DNA from: Methanolinea sp.
GTDB taxonomy: Archaea > Halobacteriota > Methanomicrobia > Methanomicrobiales > Methanospirillaceae
DNA length: 39,476 nucleotides
Assembly (NCBI GenBank): GCA_033811795.1
Contig: JAPXNX010000001.1
Span: 1 to 39,476 of the forward strand
Direction: 5' to 3'
Shown here: in pieces, positions 16,521 to 25,729 of the stretch
How positions within the stretch are numbered: the first letter of the stretch is position 1
Layout: each line of letters begins with the position of its first letter
Position numbers and translations under genes: made by a program
The notes under the pieces: generated by a model
Seen by the model: only the letters and a program-made list of their open reading frames with translations
The model's database searches: none
What the model was told of the DNA's origin: nothing

Positions 16521-17708
16521 ATGGCTGCCGGGAAGGCCGCGTACCTCCGGTCGATCACGAGATCCACGCTCGGGAAGTCGGTCCCGGTCGGAAAGACCCT
16601 GGAGGGGGCGACTCCCCCCTCTGTCTTCATCGGGAGCTGGAACTACCCCAGGGTTTATGCCGGGCCGCTGGTCGCACCCATCCACGAGGAGTGTGGGATC
16701 ATGGACACCCCCGAGTCCTGGATCCCCTCTGGCTGGACGCAGGACCAGATCCTCTCCTGCCGCCTCGAACTCGTGCGGGGGAAGCGGGCGCATGACGTCT
16801 CACGCGTCGATGACCCCTTCGCGCTCAAGCTCCAGGAGGTCGTCCTCTCATCGTCATCACTCGAGAGCGAGGTCGAGTTCGTCCGTGCCCCGACAGGCAT
16901 GTCATTCTCGGAGGAGTTCACCCCCTTCGGCCCGAGCGCCCTGCTCGAGGACTTCCAGGCCGAGTGCGGCCGCTTCGAACCGCACCTCGAACGGAGTTAC
17001 CATGACACTGACCTCGCTGCATCAGAGGCGATTGTCGATCTCCACTGCCAGGGAGTCCCATTCTCCCGGATCCAGAAGGCCCTCTCGGTCGGTGCACTCG
17101 GTCAGGAAAAAAGGAGGAGGCTCGTCCCGACACGGTGGTCGATCACTGCCTGCGACACGGCGCTCGCTGACAACTACCTCGGCCAGGTCAGGCAGAACAG
17201 GCTCATCGATTCGGTCAGGGTCCACGAGTTCTCGAGCCTCAACAACCACTATGCCGTCATACTCCTCCCCACACCATGGGAGTACGAGTGGATGGAGGCT
17301 TTCCTCCGTGTCCGGGGAGACGAAGAAGTTATCTTCTCCGATCACGAGGGGCCGAGGGGGAAGCGGGAATACTCCTGTGTCGGGGGCTGCTACTACTCCT
17401 GCAAGATGGCCATACTCGAGGCCCTCGCCGGACAGGGCCTCCAGGCAGGAGCAATCGTGCTCAGGGAGGCAAGGAAGGGATATGTCCCTCTCGGTGTCTT
17501 CAACGTGCGGGAAAACGTGCGGCTGGCAATGCGGCAGCCTTACCGGGAGTTCGAAGACCTTCCAATAGCCCTTGCAGACGTCGCGGGTCGCCTTGTTCTG
17601 CCTGTCGAGAGGTTCGTCTCCGAGAGTAATATTCTTGCAGACAGGCTCAAAGGCCGCCAAACTACGCTCGACATGTTCCACGAAGGCAGCATGCCTGGCC
17701 CGGCATGA
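16521..17708 (+). CDS. Nre-family (NreA-like) archaeal DNA repair protein
   Basis: 395 aa counted from the first ATG after the upstream gene. PPSVFIGSWNYPRVYAGPL and the following conserved blocks match my recollection of the archaeal Nre N- and C-terminal domains (formerly DUF650/DUF651). A C-terminal QTTLDMFH PIP-like box is present. The 5' 860 nt of the 682-aa track ORF are an off-frame shadow. Confidence 0.65.
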   Translation: MAAGKAAYLRSITRSTLGKSVPVGKTLEGATPPSVFIGSWNYPRVYAGPLVAPIHEECGIMDTPESWIPSGWTQDQILSCRLELVRGKRAHDVSRVDDPFALKLQEVVLSSSSLESEVEFVRAPTGMSFSEEFTPFGPSALLEDFQAECGRFEPHLERSYHDTDLAASEAIVDLHCQGVPFSRIQKALSVGALGQEKRRRLVPTRWSITACDTALADNYLGQVRQNRLIDSVRVHEFSSLNNHYAVILLPTPWEYEWMEAFLRVRGDEEVIFSDHEGPRGKREYSCVGGCYYSCKMAILEALAGQGLQAGAIVLREARKGYVPLGVFNVRENVRLAMRQPYREFEDLPIALADVAGRLVLPVERFVSESNILADRLKGRQTTLDMFHEGSMPGPA

Positions 17709-17852
17709 CTCGCGGTCCCGGAAAGGCCCATTCGGTCGAGCACGGCCTGGCAGATTTTTCCACCGTTGCATGGGCCGGGTTTTCGCGATTCTCATTCCCC
17801 GCGGCGATGAACTCCGGTCTTTCCGGCAGTGGGAAACCGGGAGGCAGGACGA

Positions 17853-19313
17853 TCAAGACACCTTTGCCTTCTTCCTGTCCTTCTCCCTGTAGCCCTCGAG
17901 AAGGAGGGACGTGATGTTCCTGACCGGTCGGTCCGTGTGCTCCATGATGTGGAACTCGCAGAAGGGGCAGGAACTCACGACGATATCCGCACCTGTCTTT
18001 TCTATCTCCATCCTCCGGTTTTCGGCAAGGGCAGCAGCCACATCCGGCATCCCGGAGCGGACGCCCCCGCCCGAGCCGCAGCAGACAGATGGCATCTCGA
18101 CCAGGTCGGCGACTCGTGTGATGAGCTCCCGCGGCTCGTCGCGTATCCCCTGCCCGCGCAGCAGGTGGCAGGGGTCGTGGTAGGTGACCTTGACCGGGAG
18201 CCTTGCAGGCGGCTCGATGCCGTATTTCGTGAGGACCTCGTTGATGTCCATGACCCTGAATGGCGTTTTGTAATCTCGTTTCAGCGTGGATCCGCAGCCG
18301 GCGCACATGGTGAGTACGGTGTCGATATTCCTGGAGACGAAGGCATCGATGTTCCTCTTTTTGAGGGTGTCAACGAAGCCGATCTGGCCGGTGCGGATGA
18401 GGGGAGACCCGCAGCAGACCTGCTCCTTCGGGATGACGACGCGGATACCGTTCCTTTTCAGGACTTCCATTGCATCGCGGGCGGTTGCAGGGAGGCGGCC
18501 GTTGTACATGCAGCCGACAAAGAAGCCGACTGTCGCCTTTACCGGGCCGTCGGGCTCGATTGTATCGGGTGAGTCCTCAAGGAACGTGGGCCCCGTCCTG
18601 ACGATGCTCCTCCCTGTCTCCCGGACCAGCTGGGCGACCTCCAGGTGGCGGGGGAGCGTCAGGCCCTTTTTGTTTGCAAGGGCCCGCAGTTTCTCTATCG
18701 CCTTGCCCGGGATCTCTATTCCCTTCGGGCAGACCTTCCAGCAGGCCTGGCACGACGTGCAGGTAAAGAGACCGTGCGAGACCGCCTCCATCACCCTGTC
18801 ATTCCTGTCCCGCGGGTCGAGTTCTAGCCGGAGTTCCTGGCGCATTGCCGCAGGGCCGTCGAACTGGGTGACATCCATCGCCGGGCAGACCGAGATGCAG
18901 CAGAAGCACTCGATACAGCTTCGCAGGGGCTTGATCAGCTCGGTCTTCTCGCGATCGGGAACGATTGGCTCTCCGCACGGCTGGATGTGGGGCAGTGTCT
19001 CGAGAAACGTGAAGAGGTCGACGATGAGATCCTTCGTCACCGGCAGGTCGAGTGGCTCGACAGTTATCCCATCGATAGCCTCCTCCATGCATGCGAGCAC
19101 CGGGACCCCGTTCACCCGGACCGCACAACTCCCGCACTGCCCTGCCCTGCAGCAGTAGCGGAACGAAAGTGTCGGGTCGATATCGTCGTGGATGGCCTGG
19201 AGGACATGGAGGACGCGGGCGCCATCGTTGACATCCACCACGTAGTTCTGATAGTGGGGTTTTTCATCGCTCTCCGGGTCGAACCGGAAGACGCGGACAT
19301 GGATCTTTTTCAT
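17853..19313 (-). CDS. tfrB: thiol:fumarate reductase subunit B (SdhB-like 2Fe-2S/4Fe-4S domain fused to an HdrD-like CCG domain)
   Basis: The start MKKIHVRVFRF at 19313 overlaps the tfrA stop (ATGA) and is preceded by GAGGG. Motifs are CRAGQCGSCAV, CIECFCCISVCP, CTSCQACWKVCP and two CCG-type motifs (CCGSP, CCGSGGG). Confidence 0.9.
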   Translation of the reverse strand: MKKIHVRVFRFDPESDEKPHYQNYVVDVNDGARVLHVLQAIHDDIDPTLSFRYCCRAGQCGSCAVRVNGVPVLACMEEAIDGITVEPLDLPVTKDLIVDLFTFLETLPHIQPCGEPIVPDREKTELIKPLRSCIECFCCISVCPAMDVTQFDGPAAMRQELRLELDPRDRNDRVMEAVSHGLFTCTSCQACWKVCPKGIEIPGKAIEKLRALANKKGLTLPRHLEVAQLVRETGRSIVRTGPTFLEDSPDTIEPDGPVKATVGFFVGCMYNGRLPATARDAMEVLKRNGIRVVIPKEQVCCGSPLIRTGQIGFVDTLKKRNIDAFVSRNIDTVLTMCAGCGSTLKRDYKTPFRVMDINEVLTKYGIEPPARLPVKVTYHDPCHLLRGQGIRDEPRELITRVADLVEMPSVCCGSGGGVRSGMPDVAAALAENRRMEIEKTGADIVVSSCPFCEFHIMEHTDRPVRNITSLLLEGYREKDRKKAKVS

Positions 19314-20935
19314 GCCCTCACCACCGTCTCGATCCCGCAACGTTCAAGGGACTGGTATGTGTGCCCGTATGGAGAGTTCCGGGCATCCCACGTCTGGACC
19401 ACGTCTTTTCTCATGTGCGCCCCGCGGCTCTCTTTGCGCAGGAGTGCGCCCCTTACTACAAGCGAAGCAGAAAGCAGCATGTTCTGCACCGTGCAGCATT
19501 CGGTGAGGTTCTCTCTGGTCCTGGCAAGGAGGCGGAGAGAGGAGAGGTGGGTGATCACATCGAGAGTCTTCTCCAGGTCCTTTTCAGTCCGGAATATCCC
19601 CGCACCCTCCCACATGGCGGTCTTCAGGGACCGGGTCACAATGGAAGGTGAGACATCCCCGTCAAAGAAAGTAGCGAGACGCTCTCCCTGTGCCTCGATC
19701 GCCTCCCTCCCGATGCGGTAACCCCCCCTTGGCGATTTACCCGCGGATTCGCCAGCCCGTTTCCCGAAGACCTGCGTGTCGGCGAGGGCATTCCCGCCGA
19801 GCCGGTTTGCACCGTGGACGCCCCCGGTAACTTCCCCGCAGGCAAAGAGACCAGGTACTGTTGTCCCGGCCTCTGGCGTGATGCGGAGGCCACCCATGAC
19901 ATGGTGGGCTGTAGGGGCGACTTCCATGGGCTCTTCCCGGATATCCAGGCCGAACTTGAGGAACTGCTCGAGCATGACAGGCAGTCTCTCCTCCACCTGC
20001 TGCCGTGGCAGGTGGGTCACGTCGAGGTACACCCCCCCGTGCGGCGTGCCCCTGCCCTCCAGGACCTCGGTCGCGATGGCCCGCGAGACGACGTCCCTGG
20101 TGGAGAGCTCCATCCTGTCGGGGTCGTACCTTGCCATGAACCGTTCGCCGGCGGCGTTCCTGAGGACACCCCCCTCCCCCCTGACAGCCTCGGTGATGAG
20201 GCGTCCCCTTGCATCGTAGGGGTAGACTGCGCCGGTGGGATGGAACTGGACCATCTCCATGTCGATAAGCTCGGCCCCGGCCCGGTACCCGATGGCAAAC
20301 CCGTCCCCGGTGCCGCTGGAGGAATTCGTGGAAATGTCGAAGATCTGCGTGCCGCCCCCCGTCGCAAGGACCGTTGCATCTGACCGGATAGCAATGATCT
20401 CTCCCTTTTCGTCGAGGCATAGCGCCCCTATCACGCGGTCGTTGTCCCGCACGAGGTCAAGCGCGGTCACCTCGTTGAAGATCTCGACGCTTGTCGATGT
20501 CAATCGTTCGATGAGGGTCATCATCATCTCGTGGCCGGTCCTGTCACCTGCGTAGCACGTCCTGGGAAAACTCTGGCCTCCAAAGGGCCTTTGGGCCACT
20601 TTACAGCTGTCTGTCACGTCAAAGACAGCCCCCCACGCGAGCAGGTCGTTCACCCTCTGCGGGGCTTCTGCAACGAGGATACTGACGAGTCCAGGTTCGT
20701 TGAGGTAAGCCCCGCCTTTCATCGTGTCCTCGTAGTGAGTCTCGCAGGAGTCCTGTTCCCGCAGGACGGCATTGTAGCCCCCTTCTGCCATGGGGGTACA
20801 CCCGCCCTTGCCCGCAATCGTCTTGGAGACAAGGATGGTCTCCCCGAACCCCGAAGCCTCAATGGCAGCCCTGACCCCTGCTCCGCCACTCCCTATGACG
20901 AGGACGTGGCAGTCCAAAACCTCGGCTGACCGCAT
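19310..20935 (-). CDS. tfrA: thiol:fumarate reductase subunit A (flavoprotein)
   Basis: The start was set to MRSAEVLDCHVLVIGSGGAGVRAA. The 30 codons upstream in the track ORF are AT-rich promoter-like DNA. SdhA/FrdA blocks are present, including HPTG and RLGGNAL. Confidence 0.9.
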   Translation of the reverse strand: MRSAEVLDCHVLVIGSGGAGVRAAIEASGFGETILVSKTIAGKGGCTPMAEGGYNAVLREQDSCETHYEDTMKGGAYLNEPGLVSILVAEAPQRVNDLLAWGAVFDVTDSCKVAQRPFGGQSFPRTCYAGDRTGHEMMMTLIERLTSTSVEIFNEVTALDLVRDNDRVIGALCLDEKGEIIAIRSDATVLATGGGTQIFDISTNSSSGTGDGFAIGYRAGAELIDMEMVQFHPTGAVYPYDARGRLITEAVRGEGGVLRNAAGERFMARYDPDRMELSTRDVVSRAIATEVLEGRGTPHGGVYLDVTHLPRQQVEERLPVMLEQFLKFGLDIREEPMEVAPTAHHVMGGLRITPEAGTTVPGLFACGEVTGGVHGANRLGGNALADTQVFGKRAGESAGKSPRGGYRIGREAIEAQGERLATFFDGDVSPSIVTRSLKTAMWEGAGIFRTEKDLEKTLDVITHLSSLRLLARTRENLTECCTVQNMLLSASLVVRGALLRKESRGAHMRKDVVQTWDARNSPYGHTYQSLERCGIETVVRA

Positions 20936-20996
20936 CTTATTATAATGTGGGTCATATACGTACATAAAGAGATTGTAAAGGACAGCGTGAGCCCAA
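20936..20996. promoter_or_regulatory. AT-rich divergent promoter region between tfrA and aspartate kinase
   Basis: 61 bp containing TTATTATAAT and ACATAAAG. The latter reads CTTTATGT on the minus strand, about 27-34 nt from the tfrA ATG, which implies a very short leader. Confidence 0.4.
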
Positions 20997-22397
20997 ATGA
21001 GGTTTTTGATGAAATTTGGCGGCACTTCTGTTGCAGATAGCGGAAGTGTCTCCCGCGTCGTGGATATCGTGGAGTCATTCTATCGTGCCGGGAACGAGGT
21101 CGCAGTCGTTGTCTCGGCCCAGAGGGGAGTGACGGACCAGCTCATTGCCATTGCGTCAGAACTGGCTAACAACACTGATTCAGGCGAGATCGGGTCATTC
21201 ATCAACTCCCTGCGTGTCCGGCACGGGAAGGTCCTCCTCGAGACGGCCGAGGACTACGCCGACGAGGTGGGGCTCCTCCTCGAGGAGCAGCTAGGCAACC
21301 TGGAAAACATCCTCACTGCAGTGCACAACCTGCGGGAACTCACCCCCCGGTCACTCGACTACATTATCACATTCGGCGAAAGGCTCAACAGCCTGGTCGT
21401 TTCAGCGGCACTGAAACAGCGGGGCGTCCCGTCCACGACGCTCGACGGCTGCGAGGCAGGCATCGTGACGACACCCAGCCATGGCGAAGCTGTCGCTATT
21501 CCTGCGAGCGAGGGAAAGATCAAGAGCCACGTGCTGCCCCTGCTGGCGAGCACCGTGCCTGTCATCATGGGGTTCATGGGGTGCACAGAGAAGGGAGTCG
21601 TCACGACGCTCGGGAGGTCAGGGTCTGATTACTCAGCAGCGCTGATCGGAGCAGCTATCGAAGCCGACGAGATTGTGATCTGGACGGACGTTGACGGGAT
21701 CATGACCTCGGACCCGCGTATCATTCCCGATGCCCGGGTGATCCCGCAGATTTCCTACGCTGAAGTCATGGAACTCTCCTATTTCGGCGCGAAGGTCATG
21801 CATCCCCGGTCCATCGAGCCTGCCATGAAGAAGGACATCCCTGTCCGTGTCAAGAACACGTTCAACCCGGCACACCCGGGGACTACCATCGTCAGGGGCC
21901 AGAAAAGGGACAGCCGTGTCGTAAAAGCCCTCACTTACATCGAGAAGGTAGCCCTTGCAAACATCTGCGGGGCACAGATGATCGGAAGACCCGGGGTTGC
22001 CAAGGCAATTTTCACACTTCTTGCCGACCGGGACATCAACGTGATGATGATCTCGCAGGGATCATCAGAGGCCAATATCTCTCTTGTCATTGACGAAAAC
22101 CAGGAGGACGCTGCAAAGGAAGCCCTCTCCGTGCTTGTCACGGAGGGCCGTGTCAGGGAAGTGACTACGAACCGCGATGTCTGCGCCGTTGCGGTAGTAG
22201 GGGCAGGGATGGCAGGTGCGAGGGGGACTGGAGGCAGGATCTTTACGGCACTCGGCAACGGCGATGTCAACGTGATGATGATCTCGCAGGGATCGTCCGA
22301 GCTGAACATCTCGTTCGTCGTGACAGAGGCGGACGGGCCCAAGGCCGTCCGGATACTTCACGACGAGTTCCGGCTCTCCGAGGAGGACAATGAGTAA
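20997..22397 (+). CDS. lysC: aspartate kinase with tandem C-terminal ACT domains
   Basis: 466 aa. N-terminus MKFGGTSV, TTLGRSGSDYSAA, and two ACT repeats each ending in INVMMISQGSSE. An alternative start is at 21009 (GAGG 6 nt upstream). Confidence 0.92.
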   Translation: MRFLMKFGGTSVADSGSVSRVVDIVESFYRAGNEVAVVVSAQRGVTDQLIAIASELANNTDSGEIGSFINSLRVRHGKVLLETAEDYADEVGLLLEEQLGNLENILTAVHNLRELTPRSLDYIITFGERLNSLVVSAALKQRGVPSTTLDGCEAGIVTTPSHGEAVAIPASEGKIKSHVLPLLASTVPVIMGFMGCTEKGVVTTLGRSGSDYSAALIGAAIEADEIVIWTDVDGIMTSDPRIIPDARVIPQISYAEVMELSYFGAKVMHPRSIEPAMKKDIPVRVKNTFNPAHPGTTIVRGQKRDSRVVKALTYIEKVALANICGAQMIGRPGVAKAIFTLLADRDINVMMISQGSSEANISLVIDENQEDAAKEALSVLVTEGRVREVTTNRDVCAVAVVGAGMAGARGTGGRIFTALGNGDVNVMMISQGSSELNISFVVTEADGPKAVRILHDEFRLSEEDNE

Positions 22398-23391
22398 CGG
22401 GCCGCCCAGGACTTACCGCGAAGCCGGGGTGGACATCGACCTCGAGGCAGAGGCCATATCAGCCCTTGTCGGGAACCTGACTTTCAGGCGCGAGGGCAAG
22501 TACCGGATGGTCTCCCCTGCGGGGCATTATGCAGGTTTTGTAGAGTTTGGCAAGCATGTCCTTGCCCTCACCGTGGACGGTGTCGGGACCAAGATGAAAG
22601 TCGCCGAACGGCTCCATAACTGGACAACCGTCGGCATCGACTGCATGGCCATGAACGTGAACGATCTCTTCGTCATGAACATCGAGCCCGTTGCCTTCGT
22701 GGACTACATCGCGTCAGACTCGCTCTCGGTGGAGCGGATGGCCCAGATCGGTGCCGGCCTGAACGAAGGGGCGCGACAGGCGAACGTGACCATCGTCGGC
22801 GGCGAGACCGCGACCTTGAAGGGGCTTGTCAATGGTCTCGACCTTGCCGGGACGTGCCTCGGCATCCAGGAGAGAGATAAGGTGGTCTCCGGCGATGAGA
22901 TACTCCCAGGCGACGCAGTCATCGGCGTCCCCTCTTCCGGCATCCACAGCAACGGACTCTCGCTCGCCCGGAGCATCGTCGAGAGCCTCGACGCATGGGA
23001 AGAAAGGCTCTCTTCAGGGCGGACAATTGCCAGTGAACTCCTAGCGCCTACGCGGATCTACAGAGAGGCACTTGTGGTTGCGGCAGAAACAGAGGTCCAC
23101 GGTATGTGTCACATCACGGGAGGAGGGCTCCTCAACTTCAGGAGGCTCTCGCAGTACGGGTTTGATATCACGGACCCCCTGCCCCCCCACGAGATCTTCA
23201 CCTGGCTCAGGGAGATGGGGGGCATCAGCCTGGTCGAGATGTACCGGACTTTCAACATGGGCATGGGCTATGCATACATCGTGCCGGAATCTTCAGTGGA
23301 TTCGGTCCTCTCCAGGGTAGATGGAAGCAGGGTCGTGGGAAGGGTGTCTGCAGACCCGGGCGTACGGCTCGAGGGAACTGCCATTCGTTGA
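22390..23391 (+). CDS. purM: phosphoribosylformylglycinamidine cyclo-ligase (AIR synthetase)
   Basis: 333 aa. TYREAGVDIDLE at the N-terminus, DGVGTK, GGETA, HITGGG. It overlaps the lysC end by 8 nt. Confidence 0.93.
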   Translation: MSNGPPRTYREAGVDIDLEAEAISALVGNLTFRREGKYRMVSPAGHYAGFVEFGKHVLALTVDGVGTKMKVAERLHNWTTVGIDCMAMNVNDLFVMNIEPVAFVDYIASDSLSVERMAQIGAGLNEGARQANVTIVGGETATLKGLVNGLDLAGTCLGIQERDKVVSGDEILPGDAVIGVPSSGIHSNGLSLARSIVESLDAWEERLSSGRTIASELLAPTRIYREALVVAAETEVHGMCHITGGGLLNFRRLSQYGFDITDPLPPHEIFTWLREMGGISLVEMYRTFNMGMGYAYIVPESSVDSVLSRVDGSRVVGRVSADPGVRLEGTAIR

Positions 23392-23544
23392 CCGGGCAGG
23401 GCCCGGCTTTCCTTCGCCAAACCATTCCAGAAGGAACTGGTATGGAAATTTAGTGGTTCACTTTATAAAACGGGGAGAAGGGTTGAAATCTTCGTTTATT
23501 GAGCCTGATGCGCACATCGTGGCGTTATGGAAAGGGTATCCATT

Positions 23545-24096
23545 TCATGTGCTCGTACTCTCCCCCCCCTCGTCCATAGCAGCGGTGATGGGATAGACCC
23601 TGGCTCGATCGTCAAGGATGGCAGAGTTGCCTGTCGGGTCATCGATGATGAGCGTGACAGGGAACCGGCCCTCCCTCGCGTCTGTGAGCTTCTCGCGGAG
23701 GGCATGGGCACGGGCAAGTTCTTCCCCGTCCTCTGTCCAGAGGATGACGCTTTCGACAACCCTCTCCACGCGGTCGAGGACACCCTCTACGTTCGAGACG
23801 AAGCCCTCGCATGCAGGGCCCGGCGCGATCTCGACGCCGAGTTCGGGGATGGTGATGGTGCCGTTCATGCTCCTGACAACGCGTGCGGATAGATCCCCCT
23901 CAGACAGAACGGCAAACTCCCACCGGGAGGGTTCAGCATGTTTCAAGAGCTGCGTGTCGACGAACCTGAACCCGCACGACGGACAGCGTGTACTGATGAG
24001 GAGGAGACCAGAAAAGTAAGGGATATCTTCGGTCTGGTAAACGTATTCGATCTCCGTATTGCAGACAGGGCAGGGACCGGGGACAACCCTGCGCAC
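23545..24096 (-). CDS. ZPR1-type zinc-finger protein
   Basis: 183 aa, with a GTG start 3 nt after the sepF stop. CPVCNTEIEYVYQTEDIPYFSGLLLISTRCPSCGF is the ZPR1 zinc-ribbon signature. The C-terminal beta-rich A domain ends in DDPTGNS. Confidence 0.8.
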   Translation of the reverse strand: MRRVVPGPCPVCNTEIEYVYQTEDIPYFSGLLLISTRCPSCGFRFVDTQLLKHAEPSRWEFAVLSEGDLSARVVRSMNGTITIPELGVEIAPGPACEGFVSNVEGVLDRVERVVESVILWTEDGEELARAHALREKLTDAREGRFPVTLIIDDPTGNSAILDDRARVYPITAAMDEGGESTST

Positions 24097-24099
24097 GTT

Positions 24100-24471
24100 T
24101 CAGCTGACCCCCCCGATCTTTTCCCGCGAGATCTTAACGGAGTTGGGCGTAATGACCACGTATCGCTGGTCGCCGAGTCCGATTATATCGCCGTTGACGT
24201 CCTTTGCGACTTCTTTTAAGTCTTTCAGGACCCGTTCGTACGTAACCTTGTCTGCTTTCAGCTTCGCAATGTCCGCGATAACGATGTTCCCGTTGTAGAC
24301 CTCGTCCTTGACGCGGGGGCTGTCCTTGATATCACCGATAGATGCTATCTTGACAAAAAGAGCGGGGGCCCCCTCTTCCTCGGCCTCGAGGGCTTCGAGG
24401 TCGAGATCCATGTAATCGTCTTCGTAGGAGGGAGTACTCTTTCCAAGCAGGGTATCTAGGAATTTCACCAT
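24100..24471 (-). CDS. sepF: cell division protein SepF (archaeal FtsZ anchor)
   Basis: 123 aa. A short N-terminal amphipathic segment MVKFLDTLLGK is followed by an acidic linker. The SepF core is FVKIASIGDIKD...GNIVIADIAKL...NGDIIGLGDQRYVVITPNSVKI. Confidence 0.8.
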   Translation of the reverse strand: MVKFLDTLLGKSTPSYEDDYMDLDLEALEAEEEGAPALFVKIASIGDIKDSPRVKDEVYNGNIVIADIAKLKADKVTYERVLKDLKEVAKDVNGDIIGLGDQRYVVITPNSVKISREKIGGVS

Positions 24472-24588
24472 GAAAAATGGTCTATTGTTACTTATTTAAT
24501 AGTATCTATACAACCGGGGTATATCTCCTTTCAAAGTGCCCGGATTTTTCCTTTTTCAGGACGACGGAGAGGAGGGAAATGCCTGTAT

Positions 24589-25086
24589 TCAGAACTCGAG
24601 CACCCAGATCTCGTCGCCCACGAAGTGGATGGTCTTGACAACCTTCCCGTTTTCCTTCTCCTGCATCTGTGCCGCATCGAAGAGGGCAATCCCGACCGCA
24701 AGGGGTTTTCCGTACTTCTCCTCGACGACCTGTACTGGGCACCCTGCCCGGACATCGGGCGAGATTGACGTGATACCTGGCCGCATCACGTCTGCACCCT
24801 TTGCAACGAAAGGGACTGCGCCCGAGTCCACCACGATCTTCCGTTCCGTAAATGGGTGTTCGAGGAGCCCGCGTAGAGTGGGAAAGACGACGCCCTTTGT
24901 CTCCATCAGCAGAGGCCTCCTCCTGACGAGGAAGAGCGTGACTTCTCCACTGGTCTCCACGATCTCGATCCCCTCGGTGGAAAAGAGATCGGCAGAATCC
25001 CCTATCTCGGCACGCAGCCGGTTTTTGAGGTTTTCTGCCTCCGACCTGCGCAGGGTGTGCCGTTTCCTCGGCGTGATCCTGGTCAT
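24589..25086 (-). CDS. PUA-domain RNA-binding protein (MCT-1/Tma20-like)
   Basis: 165 aa. The C-terminal PUA pattern is KIVVDSGAVPFVAKGADVMRPGI...GCPVQVVEEKYGKPLAVGIALF. Confidence 0.75.
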   Translation of the reverse strand: MTRITPRKRHTLRRSEAENLKNRLRAEIGDSADLFSTEGIEIVETSGEVTLFLVRRRPLLMETKGVVFPTLRGLLEHPFTERKIVVDSGAVPFVAKGADVMRPGITSISPDVRAGCPVQVVEEKYGKPLAVGIALFDAAQMQEKENGKVVKTIHFVGDEIWVLEF

Positions 25087-25288
25087 CTGTCAACTCCTCT
25101 TGAATAATAGGTGCCTGATACGAAAAAAGTCGTCAGCGGGGAGGAGGGGCAAAAGATCCATCAGGGTCCTGCAACAGGAAAAAAGAACCAATGGGGACTT
25201 CTTTAGGGTCTTCTTTATTCTGCAGCACATTTATGTATCCATGCTGCGCACATAATGTACCCCAAACTGAGTGAACGTGGGTACGATT

Positions 25289-25516
25289 ATGACGAAACGG
25301 CCGTTGGATATTTTGGATCAGGTGCTGAACCGGCAGCCTGTCATCGTATCCCTCAAGGGCGGAAGGGAACTTCGCGGGGTCCTGCAGGGTTATGATGTGC
25401 ACATGAACCTCGTGCTGGACAAGGCGGAGGAGATAGAGGGTGGCAAGACACGGAGTGTCGGCACACTCATCGTGCGCGGGGACAACGTGATTTATATCTC
25501 CCCCTCCCTTGAATAA
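25289..25516 (+). CDS. Sm-like archaeal protein (SmAP/LSm)
   Basis: 75 aa from the ATG at 25289. Sm1/Sm2 motifs are [27 protein letters not shown] and [11 protein letters not shown]. The track start at 25271 is a GTG. Confidence 0.9.
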   Translation: MTKRPLDILDQVLNRQPVIVSLKGGRELRGVLQGYDVHMNLVLDKAEEIEGGKTRSVGTLIVRGDNVIYISPSLE

Positions 25517-25537
25517 AAAGGAAAGACAAGGTGAGTC

Positions 25538-25720
25538 ATGTCGAAAGGAACACCATCAATGGGAAAGAGGCAGAAGAGGACGCACATCGCCTGCCGCAGG
25601 TGCGGAAGAATATCGTACCATGTGCGTCACAAGACCTGTTCAGCATGCGGTTTTGGAAGAAGTTCGAGGATACGCAGTTATAAGTGGACGATGAAACGGC
25701 CAAAGGTCCCCACCCATTGA
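25538..25720 (+). CDS. rpl37e: 50S ribosomal protein L37e
   Basis: 60 aa: [39 protein letters not shown], with a C4 zinc ribbon. GGTGA lies upstream. The Sm-L37e pairing is conserved in archaea. Confidence 0.93.
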   Translation: MSKGTPSMGKRQKRTHIACRRCGRISYHVRHKTCSACGFGRSSRIRSYKWTMKRPKVPTH

Positions 25721-25729
25721 CGACCCATC

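Noticed and set aside
20936-21025. 30-codon N-terminal extension of the tfrA ORF
   Set aside because: The extension is AT-rich (TATA-like sequences) in a GC-rich genome and would overlap the aspartate kinase start. The FAD-binding GSGGAG motif follows the internal Met at the usual distance.
23392-23406. Short perfect palindromes directly after stop codons: CCGGGC-AGG-GCCCGG after purM, AGGCATATGCCT at 27899-27910 after trx, TCTTTCCGGAAAGA at 34106-34119 after lysS
   Set aside because: They could be 3'-end hairpins. However, the stems are only 6-7 bp and lack a following T-tract, and archaeal termination relies mainly on oligo-T. They cannot be distinguished from chance by eye.
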